From Monocercomonoides exilis PA203 (Eukaryota > Protista > Preaxostyla): a DNA stretch of 64,000 nucleotides. The translations under genes were made by a program, and so were the position numbers. This document shows, one piece after another, positions 26,436 to 41,680 of this stretch (position 1 is its first letter; every line of letters begins with the position of its first letter). Location of the stretch: positions 868,001 to 932,000 of the forward strand of contig LSRY02000022.1 of the NCBI GenBank assembly GCA_001643675.2, written 5' to 3'. Below the pieces are notes generated by a model. It worked only from the letters and a program-made list of their open reading frames with translations. It did no database searches and was not told the DNA's origin.

Positions 26436-27203
26436 GTGGTGCATATTGGAACTGAATCTCAAAAATTGAAACTTGGAAGATTGATTTCATTCGATTTAAA
26501 CAGCTATCTCTTCGAGTGGTGCATATGGGAAAATACAAATGGTGGAAGTCATGGAGGTGCACATAATGTTCATTGTGCAAATGCAAATCTCACAATCACT
26601 TCTTGTTCATATAGTAATTGTTACTGCACTGACAATGGACATGGTGGAGCGTTTCATTGCAAAAGTTTGTTAAAAATTGATATCACAAAATCCAATTTCA
26701 CAAGTTGCTCGGCTGCTCATGGAGGAGCAGTTCACACAAGGAATCCGCAATCAAATTCTGTTTGGACATTCTCAGAAAACAGAGTGAAAAATTGTTCAAT
26801 AACAAATTGGTGTGGAACCGGTTGGTATTTCTTGTTAAATGACTTGTCTGCATCTGGCCAATTCTTGTTCACCAAATGCCAATGCATAGCAAATTCTGGT
26901 GGTGATGCTGCTGGTTCTTTAACATTTCACTGGCCTCCAAATAACAAGCGCAACCTGTTTTCAATCATTGAGTGTCAGTTCATCAATAATAAGTTAACTT
27001 CATCATCCACTTATGGCGGAGCCGGAATATACTTTGATGGAACTTACTCTTGGATGAATGAAATTAGATTCATTTCTTTCTGTTTCTTCGATGGAAATAC
27101 TGCAACAAATGGTAGAGGAAATGATGTGTTCTTTTACGGAAGTGATATCACCCAATCTCCTTTCCAGCAATGTGGATCAACAACTCCAACACTAAGATTG
27201 TAA
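26436..27203 (+). pseudogene. Parallel beta-helix / Pmp-like repeat protein fragment
   Basis: Repeated GGA(F/V/G) motifs following (F/Y)xxC/FxxN (YSNCYC..GHGGAFH, FTSCSAAHGGAVH, FINN..YGGAGIY, FDGNTATNGRGNDVF). Frameshifted upstream and stopped at 27201. Confidence 0.7.
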
Positions 27204-27819
27204 AACAGCAATACAGCTGATAATACTGAGTGCAACAGTTGGCTTCCAATCATCTTATCTCCTTTTTTTTCAAATGAAAATTCATGAGAAATTTCATCTC
27301 TTCATTCTCTTCATTCTCTTCCTCACCCTCTCTTCCTATTCCTTCCGCTTCGACTATGTTTGTGAAAATATACCTTTTTTTCTGTGAAGCTGAAGCTACA
27401 GCTTCCGTGTCCACTTCTCCAAAACCTCATGTATTATTTCCTCTTTCTGTTTTTGTTCTTTATATTTCTTAAAAATAAACTTCATGTCTCCATCAACTTT
27501 CCCTTCTTTCACCTCCTCCTCTTCCTTCTCAATATCAATCGAAATTCTCTCTATCTCTGACTCCTCAAACATCGCCAAATCATTCTTCGATATTTGCATT
27601 TGTTCCTCATCTTTCTTTTCTCCATCTGAACTTCCATCTTAAGTTATATCCAAAGACCCATCTGCTGATTCTTCTTCTGCTCTTGAAATCTCCTATTGAA
27701 ACCATCAGACGGAGAGGAACTGCACACTTCTGGTTCCACTGAATGCGGCTTGTCTGCCTCAGCCTCATCCTCCTCCTTTGCATACATCTGCTAATCCAGT
27801 TCAACCACTTTGATAATCA

Positions 27820-28600
27820 TCAACACCATCTCTTCTTCCAGCTTCCCCTGCTTCTCTTTGATTTTCTCCACAAACTCTCCATGCACTGTCGGATACCCTC
27901 CTTTCTCCTCATTCCCATCACCTCCTTCTTTTCCTCCATATTCTTCTCCCTCTTTGCCTCCCTCTTTGCCTCATTCCTATCACCTTCCTCTACCTCTTCG
28001 CGCTCATCCAGCACCGCCAGCGCAATCGCTGCAGTTATCAGTACAACATCCTCCATCCTCAGCCCCTCCACCTACAACCTTCTTCTCCATAATCTCCCCC
28101 ATTCCGAGTATTACAACATCTCATCTCATAACTTCTTTGTCCAGCTTCACCACCACACGCCTCGATTGCGGCGAGCGCAATATCTGCAGTGAAGGGTTAA
28201 ACAGATCGTTGATCGACGGGAACGCATTCACATCTGCCGCTGCAAAGATCCGCTTGCTCCCCGACTTCGTGCCCACCGACGCTGCAAGTGACGGAAGCTG
28301 CCCCACCAGCGGAACCGAAAGCAAAGCCAAAAGTGCGACAATCCAGGCGCAAGCAACATTACCATTCAGCAACGCTCTTCGCGTAACAACATATCCCCAC
28401 AGCGTCTGTTGCACCCGCGGCGACATCAGAAGCAGCAGCTACAATCTGCATGTACCGCGCATACACCTCAGCCGCCTCAGGATCCACAATCAGCAGCCGC
28501 CTCTTGATGTCGTCCATCACTGCTACTGACGTGTATGACTCCTCCACCGCAGAGGCATCCAAAGGGTCAATCACAGGCGCTGATGGTAATTGATCATCTT
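27820..28600 (-). pseudogene. GC-rich frameshifted gene fragment with hydrophobic segments
   Basis: Overlapping short ORFs (28359-28574, 28121-28426, 27820-28071) with TM-like stretches; no family recognised. Confidence 0.35.
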
Positions 28601-30123
28601 CTGCCGCCTTCTTCTCTTTGATTATCTGCCTCCAGAATGGTGAATCAGATCAGCATTCTGCTCCAAATCGGATTGATGAAACAGATGAAGAAAGTTGAAC
28701 TTGATCTGGAAGAAGAAAAAGAGGAAGAAGAAGAATGATGAGAAGATGAAAATAAACCTTTGCTTTCTACGGCACATGAGAAGCAGTGTTTCGTAGAAGG
28801 TGAAAGAATGTGTTTTCGAGTGTTTCTGCGCTGAATTCCCGCCAGCGATAAGTGAGGAAGAGAAGGCAGGAACAGATCATTGCAGTTCGAAGGATATGAA
28901 GAAGGAAAAGAAGTTGTTATTGATGAAATTATTTGATACTTAGAATAATGAAGGTTGTTGATAACAAATACAAAGATTCTTGTTGAAACAAATGTGAATC
29001 TGATTTAAACTTCATTGGTCGCATATCCTTCTGGCAAACAGTAATTACTGGATTTTTCAAACGTTCAACTTTCCCCTTCACCTCTTGTCAACAAAAAATA
29101 GGAAACAATGGGCAATTCATTTCTGTTTCTTCCTTTCCTAGTTTTTCTCTTTCATATCCTTTGTCTCGATCAAAGCATCTTTCAAGTTAAACATTTCATC
29201 GATAAAGAACAATTGATAGGTGTTTTGTGCTATCTTGCTGCACACTCAATCTTTGGACATCCACCTTTTCTCATCTGTCTTTCTTTTTTTGATATAATCT
29301 TTCCCCCTTTTTCTTCACCTTGCTAAAAATGGATTTCTTCTTCTGAAAAATCATTTTGTGCATCTTCGTCTGCTGCTCATCGGCTTCACTCCTAGTTTTC
29401 ATTTCTTCACCAGAAACTAATTATTGGATATTCATATGATGAATAACAATCCATCCATCAAAGTTCAACAAAAATAAACACTCATCACAAACCAAAATTA
29501 TTTTTTCTCATTCGTACATGAATATTTGAAGATCAACACCGCATCAATGCACCAAGAAGACACAATCAAACTATTGAACATTGTTTCTCCTTCCATTAAC
29601 TATTTGCGTACAAAAGTTGTGATCCTCCGCTTCTAAAGAACTTGTTTGCTCCATGTATTACGCTTGCAAAATGATCTATTATCTTGTCAGCCAAATTTCG
29701 AACATCATTATTTTTTAAATTCCATATTTTTTTAATTTTCGTTTTCAACAATTTCACTTTATCAGAGAAACAATAAAAATTGTTTTTGATTAATGTATTT
29801 ATAATATTTGCATATTTGAAATTTCCTTCAATTGCATCCAAACCAGTTTGTTCATATTTTTGAATTTCAGAAAAAAGAAATCATCTTTTCACTTTTTCAC
29901 AAAAGTTAAAAACACATAAAAATAATTTTTATCGAACATAAAATTATCATGTTCATTATTCTTTTCTTTTTGAAATCATAAAAAAACAGAAACTCAAATA
30001 AAGTTGGGAATCCTTAAATGAAGTGCGTTTATTTGAATAAAGTGTGTCTAATTCAAATAAAGTTATTCTTTATTCGAATAAAATGAAGTTATTCGAATTG
30101 AAATTTTTTATTCAAATTTCATC

Positions 30124-30570
<447 letters not shown>

Positions 30571-30680
30571 ATTTTATTTTATTTTATTTTTTTTTTATTT
30601 TTATTTTTATTTTTATTTTTATTTTTATTTTTATTTTTTATTTTTTATTTTTTATTTTGAAAAAACAACAACAATTCATT

Positions 30681-30867
30681 AAAATGGGACAGAATTCTTG
30701 CATTTATGAAAAAATCAATGATTTGTTCCAAACTTTTCTGCAATTGAATAATTATAATTCTAACAATCTCGTGCAAAATAAAATACAGAAATATAAAAAA
30801 ATTGAGAAAAATCTTTGAAAGAACTGCGTGGAACAAAATTCATAAAGGAAAAAATATCGTCCCAAAT
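30681..30867 (+). repeat. ~185-bp dispersed repeat, copy B (uninterrupted)
   Basis: aaaatgggacagaattcttgcatttatgaaaaaatcaatgatttgttcc...gcgtggaacaaaa...atcgtcccaaat, with short inverted ends. Confidence 0.8.
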
Positions 30868-31856
30868 GAGTTTGTCTAATAAAACTTCTCTTTTTAAAAT
30901 CTCAATTGATGAAAATTTTTCATTTTGGCATTGGATTTGATAAAAAGCTCACCACATTTAGCTTTTTTCAAAAATAATTCTCACGAATATTCTTTTCAAT
31001 TATCAAAAAATTTTTTTTATTGAAAAATTAGATAAACAACAAAATACAAAAAATGCTGCATGGTTTTATTATTACTATTATTATTATTATTAATTCAACA
31101 ACACACACTCAAACCAAAAATATGTGATGTTGTGCCAATCGATTCAAACAGAAAACCGATCAAACAAAAAACGTAAGAATTCTTTTTTTATAAGTTTCCA
31201 AAAACTAAAAAAAGATCATATTTAGCATTTTTAAAAAAAGTTTATAACAACTTTCTATTGTTTTGCAATCACCAAAAACGAATGCAAAGCAAATATTACG
31301 TTGATAAAAAACTTCTTTTTAAAGCCAAGCAAAATCAAAAGAAAATAAATAAATATTAAAAAAAAAAAATAAAATAAAATAAAACACGTAAACACAATTT
31401 TGACAAGCATGTCAATTTTATCTGAATATTTCAGAAAAAGTCAAATAAATTGACATATTTCAAATTACTTCGAACAAATAAACAAGCAACGAAAAGGAAA
31501 GATTACATAAGAAATAATTCTTTTTTTCTGAAGATGATCCGAAAGATAAGTTTGTTAACATCGAAGAATTTTGAAAGAAAGAAGAAAAAGATGAAGAAAT
31601 TAATGAATAAGAAGTTGAAGAACAAAAAGAATGAAAAAAAGAATGAAAAGCATAAAATAGATAAGAAATGTTCAGAAAGAAATAAATAAATAGAAAAAGA
31701 ATAAACAAGAGAATAAACAAGAGAATAAATAGAATAAGTAGAATAAATTGTATCAAGAAAATGACTTTTATCAAATAATTTCGCAAATATGTGTGTATTT
31801 ATAAAGAAATCGATGGAAATATCTTTTATTTCCTCCCTCCCTCCCTCTCTTTCTCG

Positions 31857-31910
<54 letters not shown>

Positions 31911-32035
31911 CTCTTTCTTTCTCTCTTTCTTTCTCTCTTTCTTTCTCTCTTTCTCTCTCCTTCTTTCTCCTTCTCCTTCTCCTTCTCCTTCTCTCTCAAT
32001 ATTTCTTCATTCATCTTTTCAGATACTCACTCATA

Positions 32036-33252
32036 TTACCAATAACCAGCCCACACAAATTGTTCACTGCTCATCTGGAACAATTTTTCGTCTTTGACAA
32101 AATTGACTGGAAGAGGCAGATCAACAGAAGGAGGGAAAGAAAGAGAAGAAGAAGAGGAGGAGGAAGAAGAAGAAGAAGAAGAAGAAGATGATGATGATGA
32201 TGATGATAAAATCGAAGAATTCTTTGTTAATTTTCTTTGTTCTTCATTATTTCCCCCTTTTAATTCTTCACTTTTCTCCTTTTCTTTCTCCTTTTCTTTC
32301 TCTTTTTGTGCTTCTAATTTAACTTCTCTTGGGAGCTGTTCCAAAAGCGAGGCAAAACGAGGAGCAAAATAACGAACATACAATCGGCTGCCAACAGGAT
32401 AAGATGAATATTCCTTTGGAAGTTTAAGATTAAATAAAGAATTGTCTTTCTCTTTCTCTTTCTCTTTCTCTTTCTCTTTCTCTTTCTCTTTCTCTTTCTT
32501 TTCATCTTTCTCTTTCTCTTTCTCTTTCTTTTCATCTTTCTCTTCCGCTTTTACTTCATCATTCTCTTTTTCTTTTTCTTTTTCTTTTTCCTTCTTCTCT
32601 TTCTTTCTCTCCTTCTCTTTCTCCTTCTCCTTCTCCTTCTCCTTCTCCCTCCTCTTCTCCATCACTTTCCTCTTCCATTCTTCCCATCCTCTTCCCTCTT
32701 TTCCTCCTCCTTCTCTTCTCTTTCCTCTTTTTCCTTCTTCTCCTTCTCCTTCTCTTTCTTCTTCTTCTCCTTCTCCTCCTCCTTCTTCTTCTTCTTCTCC
32801 CTCTTCTTCTTCTTCTTCTCTTTCTCCTTCTTCTTCAAACTCCCCCTTCCACATCCTCGTCATCCTCCACACAAACTCCTCTTTCGCCATCTTCTTCACA
32901 CACGCCCTTGTCTCAATCACCCTCGCAAAATCGCACGAAGAAGACTGATGTTTCGCACAGGACTCAGATGCTTCAGTGGAAAATGACTGGGGCTGCGAAC
33001 AGAGAGAAGAAATGACCGTGGCTTGGAGCTTGGCGTATTCGGTGTCGGTGAGGGCGTGGAGAGAGAGCTGAGGTAGGAAGAGGAAGAAGAAAGGAAGGAA
33101 TGAAAGAAAGAGAAAGAAGAAAATAAAAGAAAGATTAAAAAAATATGCATATGAATTAAGAATTATTTATATGTTATTAAAAATAATTAAATTTATAATA
33201 AAATCAAATAAAAATTAATATAAAAATTAATATAAAAATAAAAATTAAAAAA

Positions 33253-33287
<35 letters not shown>

Positions 33288-33295
33288 TGTCTCTT

Positions 33296-33389
<94 letters not shown>

Positions 33390-36300
33390 TCTCTCTTTCT
33401 TTCTTTCTTTCTCTCTCTCTCTCCCACATCCACTCCAACACACTATCAAATCCTCCATATTTGCATCGATCCTGCTGTGGATATGGAGTGGGTCGTAACA
33501 GCTGCTCTGCACAATTACATCAAACATCACCACGCCGCTTGTCGTGTTCGTATTCGACGAAACAAGATAACCCAGCTGCTCTTTCGTTCTCAGCCGGCTA
33601 AACAGCTTTGCCTCAGAAAAGACATCAAAAAGCACCAAAACTGTCCTGTCAAGGCAGTTGTATTGCCTGGGCACTTGAAGAATCAGCTGTGCACACGAAT
33701 TCTCCATCGAAGGCAGTGGATGGACGCAATCACGAATGGTTATGCTGTCTGTGGGCAGTTTTGTCAAGCGCAGAGAAGAAATGTCGAAGCTTTGCAGAGG
33801 TTTTGGCTGTGGAAGAAACTCTTCTTCTTCTTCTTCTTCTTCTTCTTCTTCTTTCTCTTTTTCTTTTTCTGTGTTAGAAAAGGAATCTTGTTGTGAATGA
33901 GAAGGTATATTGGTTAAGTTAAGGTTTTGGTTGTTTGAAGAAGAGGAGGAAGAAGAAGAAGAAAGAGAAGAAGAAGAAGAAATAACTCGTTCTCCACAAT
34001 TTCCATTCCCTTCCTTCTTCTCCATCTCTCTTTTTTGCCTCCTTCTCTTTCTTTTCTCCGAATAATTATGTGGATTCATCATCTTCCCCAGCCTCACCGC
34101 CTCTTCTTCTGTGCAATTCCCCACCACAATGCAGTCAATCAGCGTCTCCTTCCACAGCTTCTTCACCCACCCTTCAAACATCTCAAAGGAAGCAGGGCGA
34201 ATTAAAGACAGAATCCCCTCAGCCGTATAAGCATTGGGCGTAATCATCGCATCGCTTGCTTGTTTAGTGAGGGTGAACGGCTCCATCGACAGCACCCCTT
34301 CGATTGTCCTGATGAACCTGTCCATCTCCACTTGGAACGCGTGGAACGAAGGTTTGAAGGTGTACAGCTCCTCAGCCAGCATCTGGGCACAGATCATCAC
34401 GCTCTCCCTCATCCCTGTCACAGACAGGATAAGCCCGTTGTCATCTCCTGATATATAGCACGTGGTCGCTGCAAGAGAAAGAAGATATTTCTTCTTCGCT
34501 ATGCAATCTTCCACTAAATCTCCCAAAACAGAGCCGAAACCTGGGTACAAAATGTGGTTTTGCAGTGCGCGGGGCATAAGCAAGTGATAATTGACTCGCA
34601 CCTGAGGCACACGATGACGAGCACAGGGTTTGTAGAAGATGCGGAGGAGGGGGCTGTTGTGGATGCAGATTGGATATAATGGTGCAAGGCAGGTGAGAGA
34701 AGGATGAGAGGAGGAGGAGGAAGAAGAGGAGGAAGAAGAAGAGGAGGAGGAAGAAGAAGATGTTAAATCAATTTCTTCTTTCTTCTTCTTTTCTTCCTCT
34801 TCCTCTTCCTCTTCCTTCCTCTTCTCCTTCAGCAGCTCCTCATAGAAGTCCCAGTCTATCTTCTCACTCACATCAACTGACTCAACCACCAATATGTCCT
34901 TCGGAGCAGGAACGTTGAATGAAAAAGCGCGTTTTGCTGTCCATTCCTTGTCGCTCCTGCCTCTTCGCATGATTTCTGCCTCTAGCTCACTCTCCAGCAT
35001 CACACGCAGTCGTTTTTTGGGAAGGAGAGAGGTGTTTGAAGAAGATGAGGAGGAAGAAGAAGAAGTTGATGATGATGATGCTGATGATAAAATATTGAAA
35101 TGTTGATTTTTCTTCTCTTTCTCCTTCTCCTCCTCTCCTCTGTATGACCTCGGCTTCTCAAACGAGAACAAAGCAGCTGATTGCACATTTGTCTCGACAA
35201 ACCCTCTTTTATAGGCATTTCTGCAGTCAGGGAAGGCAATCAGCGAATAATCACGGGGGATGAAGGGATTTGGGGCAGGAAAATGCAAGTTGTTTGGAGA
35301 AGAGACGGAAAAGACGTTGTTTGGGGAGAGACGAGTGGGAAGAGAGGGAAAAGAGGAAGAAGAAGAAGAAGAAGTTATTGAAGATAAAGATGAAGAAGAT
35401 GACGATGAGGCAGATGATGACAAATTCATTAAACTTCCATTTATATACGATTTCCCCTCAGGAAACGCTGTTTTCTTTGGATGGAACGGGAAATGGAAGA
35501 AAATCGAGTGATAAAACGGCTCATGTTGTGCGATCTTCAAAAGCGAAGGGCCAAAAATTGGGTCAGAAAAGAGAGATTTTATTGCCTTTGGGCAATCAGC
35601 TTCGACATCTGGAGTGAGTTTGAGAGGGAAGAGAGGGAGATATGTGTTGTCTTTGGTTAAGTAGCCTTGTTTGGGGTTGGGTTTGGAAGAAGAAGAAGAT
35701 GATGATGATGATGTCGAATCTATATCTTCCTCTTGTTTAACTTCCTCTTCTTTCTCATCATCTTCCTTCTTTTCCTCTTTCTTTTCTTCCTCTTCCTCTT
35801 CCTCTTCCTCCCTCTTCCTCCTCCTCCTCCTCACCCACCCTCCAAACTTCCCCTCCCCAATCGTCAGCACCGCAATCGCATTCTCCTCCCTCATCATGCC
35901 CAAGAAATCACCCAGTGCCCTGTCGTCATGCACTGCACAGCATCTTCCCCCGACTGCCACCAGCTCTGGCGGATAAACTCCCATTCGATGTGCAACCGTC
36001 CTCGTCTCCTGCAAAGAGCCCATGTTAGCTGCCAAGTGGAAGTTCATCATCGACATCTCACGAAGCTCACGCAGCAGGTGCAAAGGGAAGAGAGGAGAAG
36101 AAGGAAAAAGTGGTGATGAGGTTGTTTTGGTTGTACTTTGAGAAGAAGAATTGTTTATTGATTCGGATGGATTCTCATTCTTTTTTGAATCTTCATTTTC
36201 ATTGACATTTTTTGATGAAGATGACAAATGTGCTTGAATATCATCACTGTTATCTTTATCCTTATCATTGTCGTCCTTATTAACAACCTTCAATCTCTTA

Positions 36301-37793
36301 TTACTATTACTATTAATATTAATATTAATATTACTACTAATATTACTAAAACTTTTACTGTCCTTTCTATCTCTGCTTCCTTCTCCCGCCAAGAACCTCA
36401 GCAGCCCAATCCACTCGTAGCACAGCCCCGCCACCTCCTCCACGCAAATCGTGCCTTCCTCAGTCAAATCCACCGCCAGCGCAAACAAGGCAAAGCCCGG
36501 CAGGTCTTCCACAAACGACGCCGAAGCCGAGGTGCCCCACCCTTTCTCCACCAGCAGCGCTGCCAGCGATCCTTCACCCTCATGCGACAGAATGTGAGAG
36601 AGATGGCCAGGCACAGTGAGGAGCGGCAGGTGCATCGCCAGCGGAGGGACAAGAAAAAGCAGCTGCAGCTGCGGCCGGTCTGCATCGACAGGAAGAACAA
36701 ACAGTGTCGATGACGAGAGAAGCTCGGGGGAATACAGAGAAGTGGTTGGAGGAGGGACTCTTATGACTTCTGGATCAATCGCGCAGGAACAAGAGCCATT
36801 TGAGCTGTTACTGTAATCAATTTTCTCATAAAAGCTGCTTTCGGTGGGAATTGAACCTGCGTCATGCGGACGATGGTGAATGATTAAAAATCCCGCTTCG
36901 TCTATCTCTCCAAGTTGATCTATCTCTTTTTTGAGAAGGTTCCTTTCTTCTTCTGTCACTTCGTAATGCTGATTCGACCCACTGCACTGCTCCTTCACGA
37001 GTCCAACTACAACACGCTCCAGCATCAGTCGTTGTTGCTTTAATAGCTTTGTTGTTTCTGGCTCGCAAAACGATTCCATCATGCTTTCAGAATCCCCCGA
37101 ACGAATATCTTTGAATAATCGTTCTGCATATTGTTGCAATACATCCAACGATTCTTTCCCAAGGATGCATAAATTCATCAATCTCCCAATGTAATATTTG
37201 TCAAATAATTCAATTAACATTTTCCTTGTTTCCTTTATTGATGCACCAGGAGGGTTTAACGTTGATTTATTTCCAGATGAAAACGAATGATACCAATGAT
37301 CTTCGTTTGAAAGATATTTCAGCATTTGGCTAACTTTTCTTCTTGTATCGTGTTCATTTTGTTTGTACTCAGAGTCAACAGCAATTAATTCTCTTTCAGC
37401 ACATGTTTCGGTGAACAAAGGCGAAACAAAAAATTGCGAAAAACGATCTAGTGCTTCTTCAAAATACTGAGGATCAATAGTGAAATAAAACTGTGTCATT
37501 GTAAGAGAAGTGCTCGCGTTACTTCCTCCTGAATGTGCGGATAAAAACTGATAAAATTCTCCTTCATTGGGAAATTTTTCCGTTCCCAAAAACAGCATAT
37601 GCTCCAAAAAGTGCGCTAGCCCTTGTCTGTTTTTCGGGTCACGAAGAGATCCAACAAGAACATTCATGCAAGCTGAAGATGTCTGGGCTTGAGGAAATGA
37701 CACAAGGGTTATCTTCATTCCATTACTTAATTTCAAAAATCTATAATCCCTTTTGGAAAAATGTGGTACAACAATAACATGCTTTTCATTCAT
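32036..37793 (-). CDS. Insulysin-like M16A zinc metallopeptidase with large low-complexity insertions
   Basis: GLAHFLEHMLFLGTEKFP (HxxEH), NAST, RELIAVDSEY, SHILSHEGEGSL, FSRLRTKEQLGYLV. A phase-0 GT-AG intron at 33443..33068 joins in frame to ORF 32036-32920 (LSLHALTDTEY...CDFAR), giving ~1790 aa. Confidence 0.9.
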
Positions 37794-38209
37794 AGAATAA
37801 AGTTAAATTTTTCAATAATCTTTGATCTGTGCCATCATAATAATAAAGAAAAAATGAGAGTTTTGTTTTCCAAAACGAATCGTTCATTTTAATTTTTCAA
37901 CGACTTTGTTCAATCTTTGGCATATACGTATGATACAAATAGGTAAAAATTCTGTAAGAAATGATTTCTTTAAATGTTCTTCTTAGATAAATCAATGAAT
38001 ATTCACCATTTATTATTAAAAAAAAATACACTTATTATTCGAAATTGTCAAGAAAATTATTATTTAAAATTAATCAAATGGTACAGAATTCTTGCATTTA
38101 TGAAAAATTCAATGATTTGTTCCAAAATTTTTCTGCAAATGAATGATTATTATTCTGACATTTGTATGAAATACTAAATATCGAGATATAAAAAAGTCGA
38201 GAAAAATTT

Positions 38210-38255
38210 TAGACCTGTGCGACACGACTTGCCATTTTTTGTTGCTGTCGGTCAC

Positions 38256-38313
<58 letters not shown>

Positions 38314-41300
38314 CTATTTTTTAAAGTTAAAAAAATTAGTAATAACTTTCAAAAATTATTTGAAATTAATTGCATAAATCCTCTTGTGTCTATCCTCTTA
38401 TAATTGAAGATCATGATTCCCAATATATTACAATGAATTAATAAAACTGATTCTTCTTTGTTTGTCTTCATTTTTTGTTGTTTATTTCCAAAAGAATGGT
38501 ATGAACATAGAACCTTTCAAGAATAAATTAATTATTTGTTGCTGATGTGTTTTTTGCATTTTAACAGTTGTATATTCAATTCGTATTCGAAAGTGTAATG
38601 ATTAATGGATATATTTTTTTCGAAAGAACAGATATTTAAAAATCTTTATATATTTGTTGGTGTGCAACAACTGATTCTTTATTATTATTGGTTTTTGGCT
38701 TCTTTTTGATTTTTATGAAGAATTGTTTTCTGAGATGGAAGATAGCATCAAAAGTGTGCAAAAGCCATTTCATTTGAAATGATTGGAATAATTGATGAAA
38801 CGAATAAAGATAAATGGAATCTCATTTTGCAGAAGAAATGAAAAGCCAAAATTTTTACATGAAAAAAGAATTGAATATTTTTTTGCTGAATGCATGAAAT
38901 TTTCTGAAACATGCTGGATTATAACAAGATATTGAAACAAATTTTTATTGTTTATATTGAAGATATTTCGTTGAACGAAAGATCTGAAAAGATAATAACT
39001 ATTGAAAAAAGAAAAAAAAAGAAAAGAACGAAAAGATGTTTATTTCCCCGTATTAACGTTACATAACTTTTAGATTTTATTTCTCACAGAAATTGACAAC
39101 AATTTGTGAGCTTTGTCTTTTGTATGTGCATAAAGGATAGAGAAAAGAAAGAAAACGCAAAATAAAATGGATATGTCTTTGAAAAATCTGAGATTTATAT
39201 TCTGCCTGAAGGTTTGAATCGTTTTGATAATTTTTTTATCACTTTCATCTTCTTATAAGTTTTTGAAGAAGAAATCGTTTAAGAATAACATGATAGAATT
39301 CATGATAATTTATTTGAAGAATCACTTCCTTACTTAATTGCCCTTCAATCAACATGGAAGCTATTGATTTATGGATTTTTGCAACAAAGTCTTGAAAACA
39401 GTTTTAATGTATGAATAGTCTTTTGAAGAAGAAGAAAATCAAGAATTTGAAGGATCCAAGATTTCTGATTATAAGAAGGGAAAAGAATGAAGAAAAGAAA
39501 CAGAAGAAAAACTTGTTTTTATCGAATGGTTTTCTGTTATGAATCATACTTTATTCTCATGAAAGTTGTGGAAAGCTGAATTTGTTGGGCTTATCGTCAG
39601 TATTTATCAGTTATTTCGAGCAAAAGAGATAATCGCATTAATCATGTCAGTAATTGTGCTTTTGAATAAATAGATACAGTGAGAAACTGTGCAGAAAAAA
39701 TTTACGACTTGTTGAAGGATGGTGCAGTTGATGCAGCTTTGGGGAAGATGATGTGGCCAACATTGAATGATGAAAAGGAATATAACGGCTTGAAAGTCTT
39801 ATCGAAAATTTCACAGAAATTGAGAGAAGAAAAGATGAAGAAATGGAAGAAGAGAAAAAATTGGCAGTCCAAAGGAAGGAATTTAAAACAACGCAAGAAG
39901 AAGAATAGAAAAATACAATAGCAAGATTTTTTGAAGCTTTTAATTGGAAAGTATGGAAAGGATTGCGACCTCAAAGTATTGTTGTCTAATATATGTGATT
40001 ATTTTTTTATTGTTTCTAAAAATCTTATGTTCTTCACTTCGCAAATTTTATTTTTTTGTCATTTTTATTTTCTTCTAAAATAAAACAAACATTTATTCGA
40101 TAATAAAAGTTTTTTTTATCAATATAATTTTCCAAGTTTTTTCGAATACAAACAAAGCCTGTAAAAAAAGTCCAAAAAAATTGAATTTAATTCTTTTCTT
40201 TCACAAAAGCAATCGAAGTTAACTTATCTTTCCAATTATTTCGTGAAAAAGACAAATATGCTTGATTTTAAAATGTCAATTCACATTTTTTTGCTGATTT
40301 TTTGAGTTGCTTTGAATACATTTTGATAATCATCTATTCAATTATCAAACAGATTCTCAGTTTTCTACAAAATAAATATAATATTCAAGTATTTTTTCAT
40401 TGAATTCTTGAACAAACCTTACCCATCATCCAACGTTTGTCGTTCTTTTTCACTTGTATTTCAGCAAATCTTGATATAATCATTTTCAAACAATTCATTT
40501 TCATCAACAATTTTGCGAGTCCCATCTCCTCTCCAATAGAGTGATAGATAAACTTGTTGAACCAACTTTCATCTTTAGAAGATAATCATTAACCAAACAG
40601 CATTGAAATAAAAATAGATTAAACTATTTCTTTAAAATTATTATTTCCATCTAACCATTTCAATTTTCATTTTCACGAATGTTTGCTCCATTGTTAAAAT
40701 TTTCAAGCAGTATGATTTTGTTGCTTTTAATGTTTTGCATCCGCTTTGTTCATAAATATTGAAGAATATGAAAAACAATCAGAAATGTTATGGTTGTGAC
40801 TGATAATAAAAGTGAAATCACACATATTTCAGCAGCAAAGCAGGATAATTTGTTTTTCAATTGCTTTTTCAAACATTTTCATTTCACTGATTTGATGGAA
40901 TGTCAGTGACGTCAGTGACATCCAGAGGCAAATAAAATTCCAAGTTTCACTGATCTTGTCAGTGAAAAAATAATTCTGGAAATAATGTAAAAACGAAATG
41001 AAAAAAACATTGCAACAAAATAATGTAATTATTAATGAGTCATAATATTAACTTAATTCAACAAAGCAAAAAAAAAGACATAAACGACTATTTTAGTGAA
41101 AAGAAACATATGTCTTATCATCCTTTTTTTTGATAAATTGAAAACTTATAGAAATGTGTAATATTTTGTGAATTATTTGACGAGGAAAAATTAATAAATT
41201 TTGATTATTTATAAAAAACAAAATAATCCAATATATGAGATGTGAAAAAATATTTATGGTTATGATCAGAAGAAAATGTCCTGTCGGTCACCTTTGTCAG

Positions 41301-41336
41301 TTACTGACAAGATTTGCCACTTGTCGCACAGGTCTA
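38210..41336. mobile_element. Non-autonomous hAT element (3.1 kb) with cargo gene
   Basis: Perfect TIR TAGACCTGTGCGACA / TGTCGCACAGGTCTA. Perfect 8-bp TSD AAAAATTT. Subterminal CTGTCGGTCACCT at both ends. Confidence 0.92.
38600..40020 (+). pseudogene. Expanded helical protein family, copy 3 (heavily decayed, inside hAT element)
   Basis: gaagaattgttttctgagatggaa at ~38717, gctgaatttgttgggcttatc, YDLLKDGAVDAAL...TLNDE match other copies. Boundaries approximate. Confidence 0.75.
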
Positions 41337-41680
41337 AAAAATTTATTGAAATAACTGTGTGGAACAAATATTATAAAATAAAAATTTTTGTCACTTTTTT
41401 ATTATTTAAAAAAAAAAAAAATCATTTTTGTGATCAATATGTTCTTGGCTGAGTATCGGAATGCAACGAAAATATTATTTCATAACGAAATTCGGTATAA
41501 TGGTATTATTTCGAAGTTCTCAAAACATTTATTTTTCTTATACAACATTTTTATTAGTGTTTTCTAACAATCTTTATATCATAAAAAATGCTGGAATCCG
41601 ACAAGAATTATTTTTATGTAAAACAGAATTTGGGCCGAAAAAACGTTTTATGGGTTTGATCAAATAAAATTTCTGTGAAA

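Larger units (their letters stand above)
38076..41397 (+). repeat. ~185-bp dispersed repeat, copy C, split by the hAT insertion
   Basis: 38076-38209 matches the 5' part and 41337-41397 the 3' part of copy B. Confidence 0.8.

Noticed and set aside
33204-33443. C-terminal RE-repeat tail of the 1529-aa ORF
   Set aside because: Read-through into a GT-AG intron made of (GA)n.
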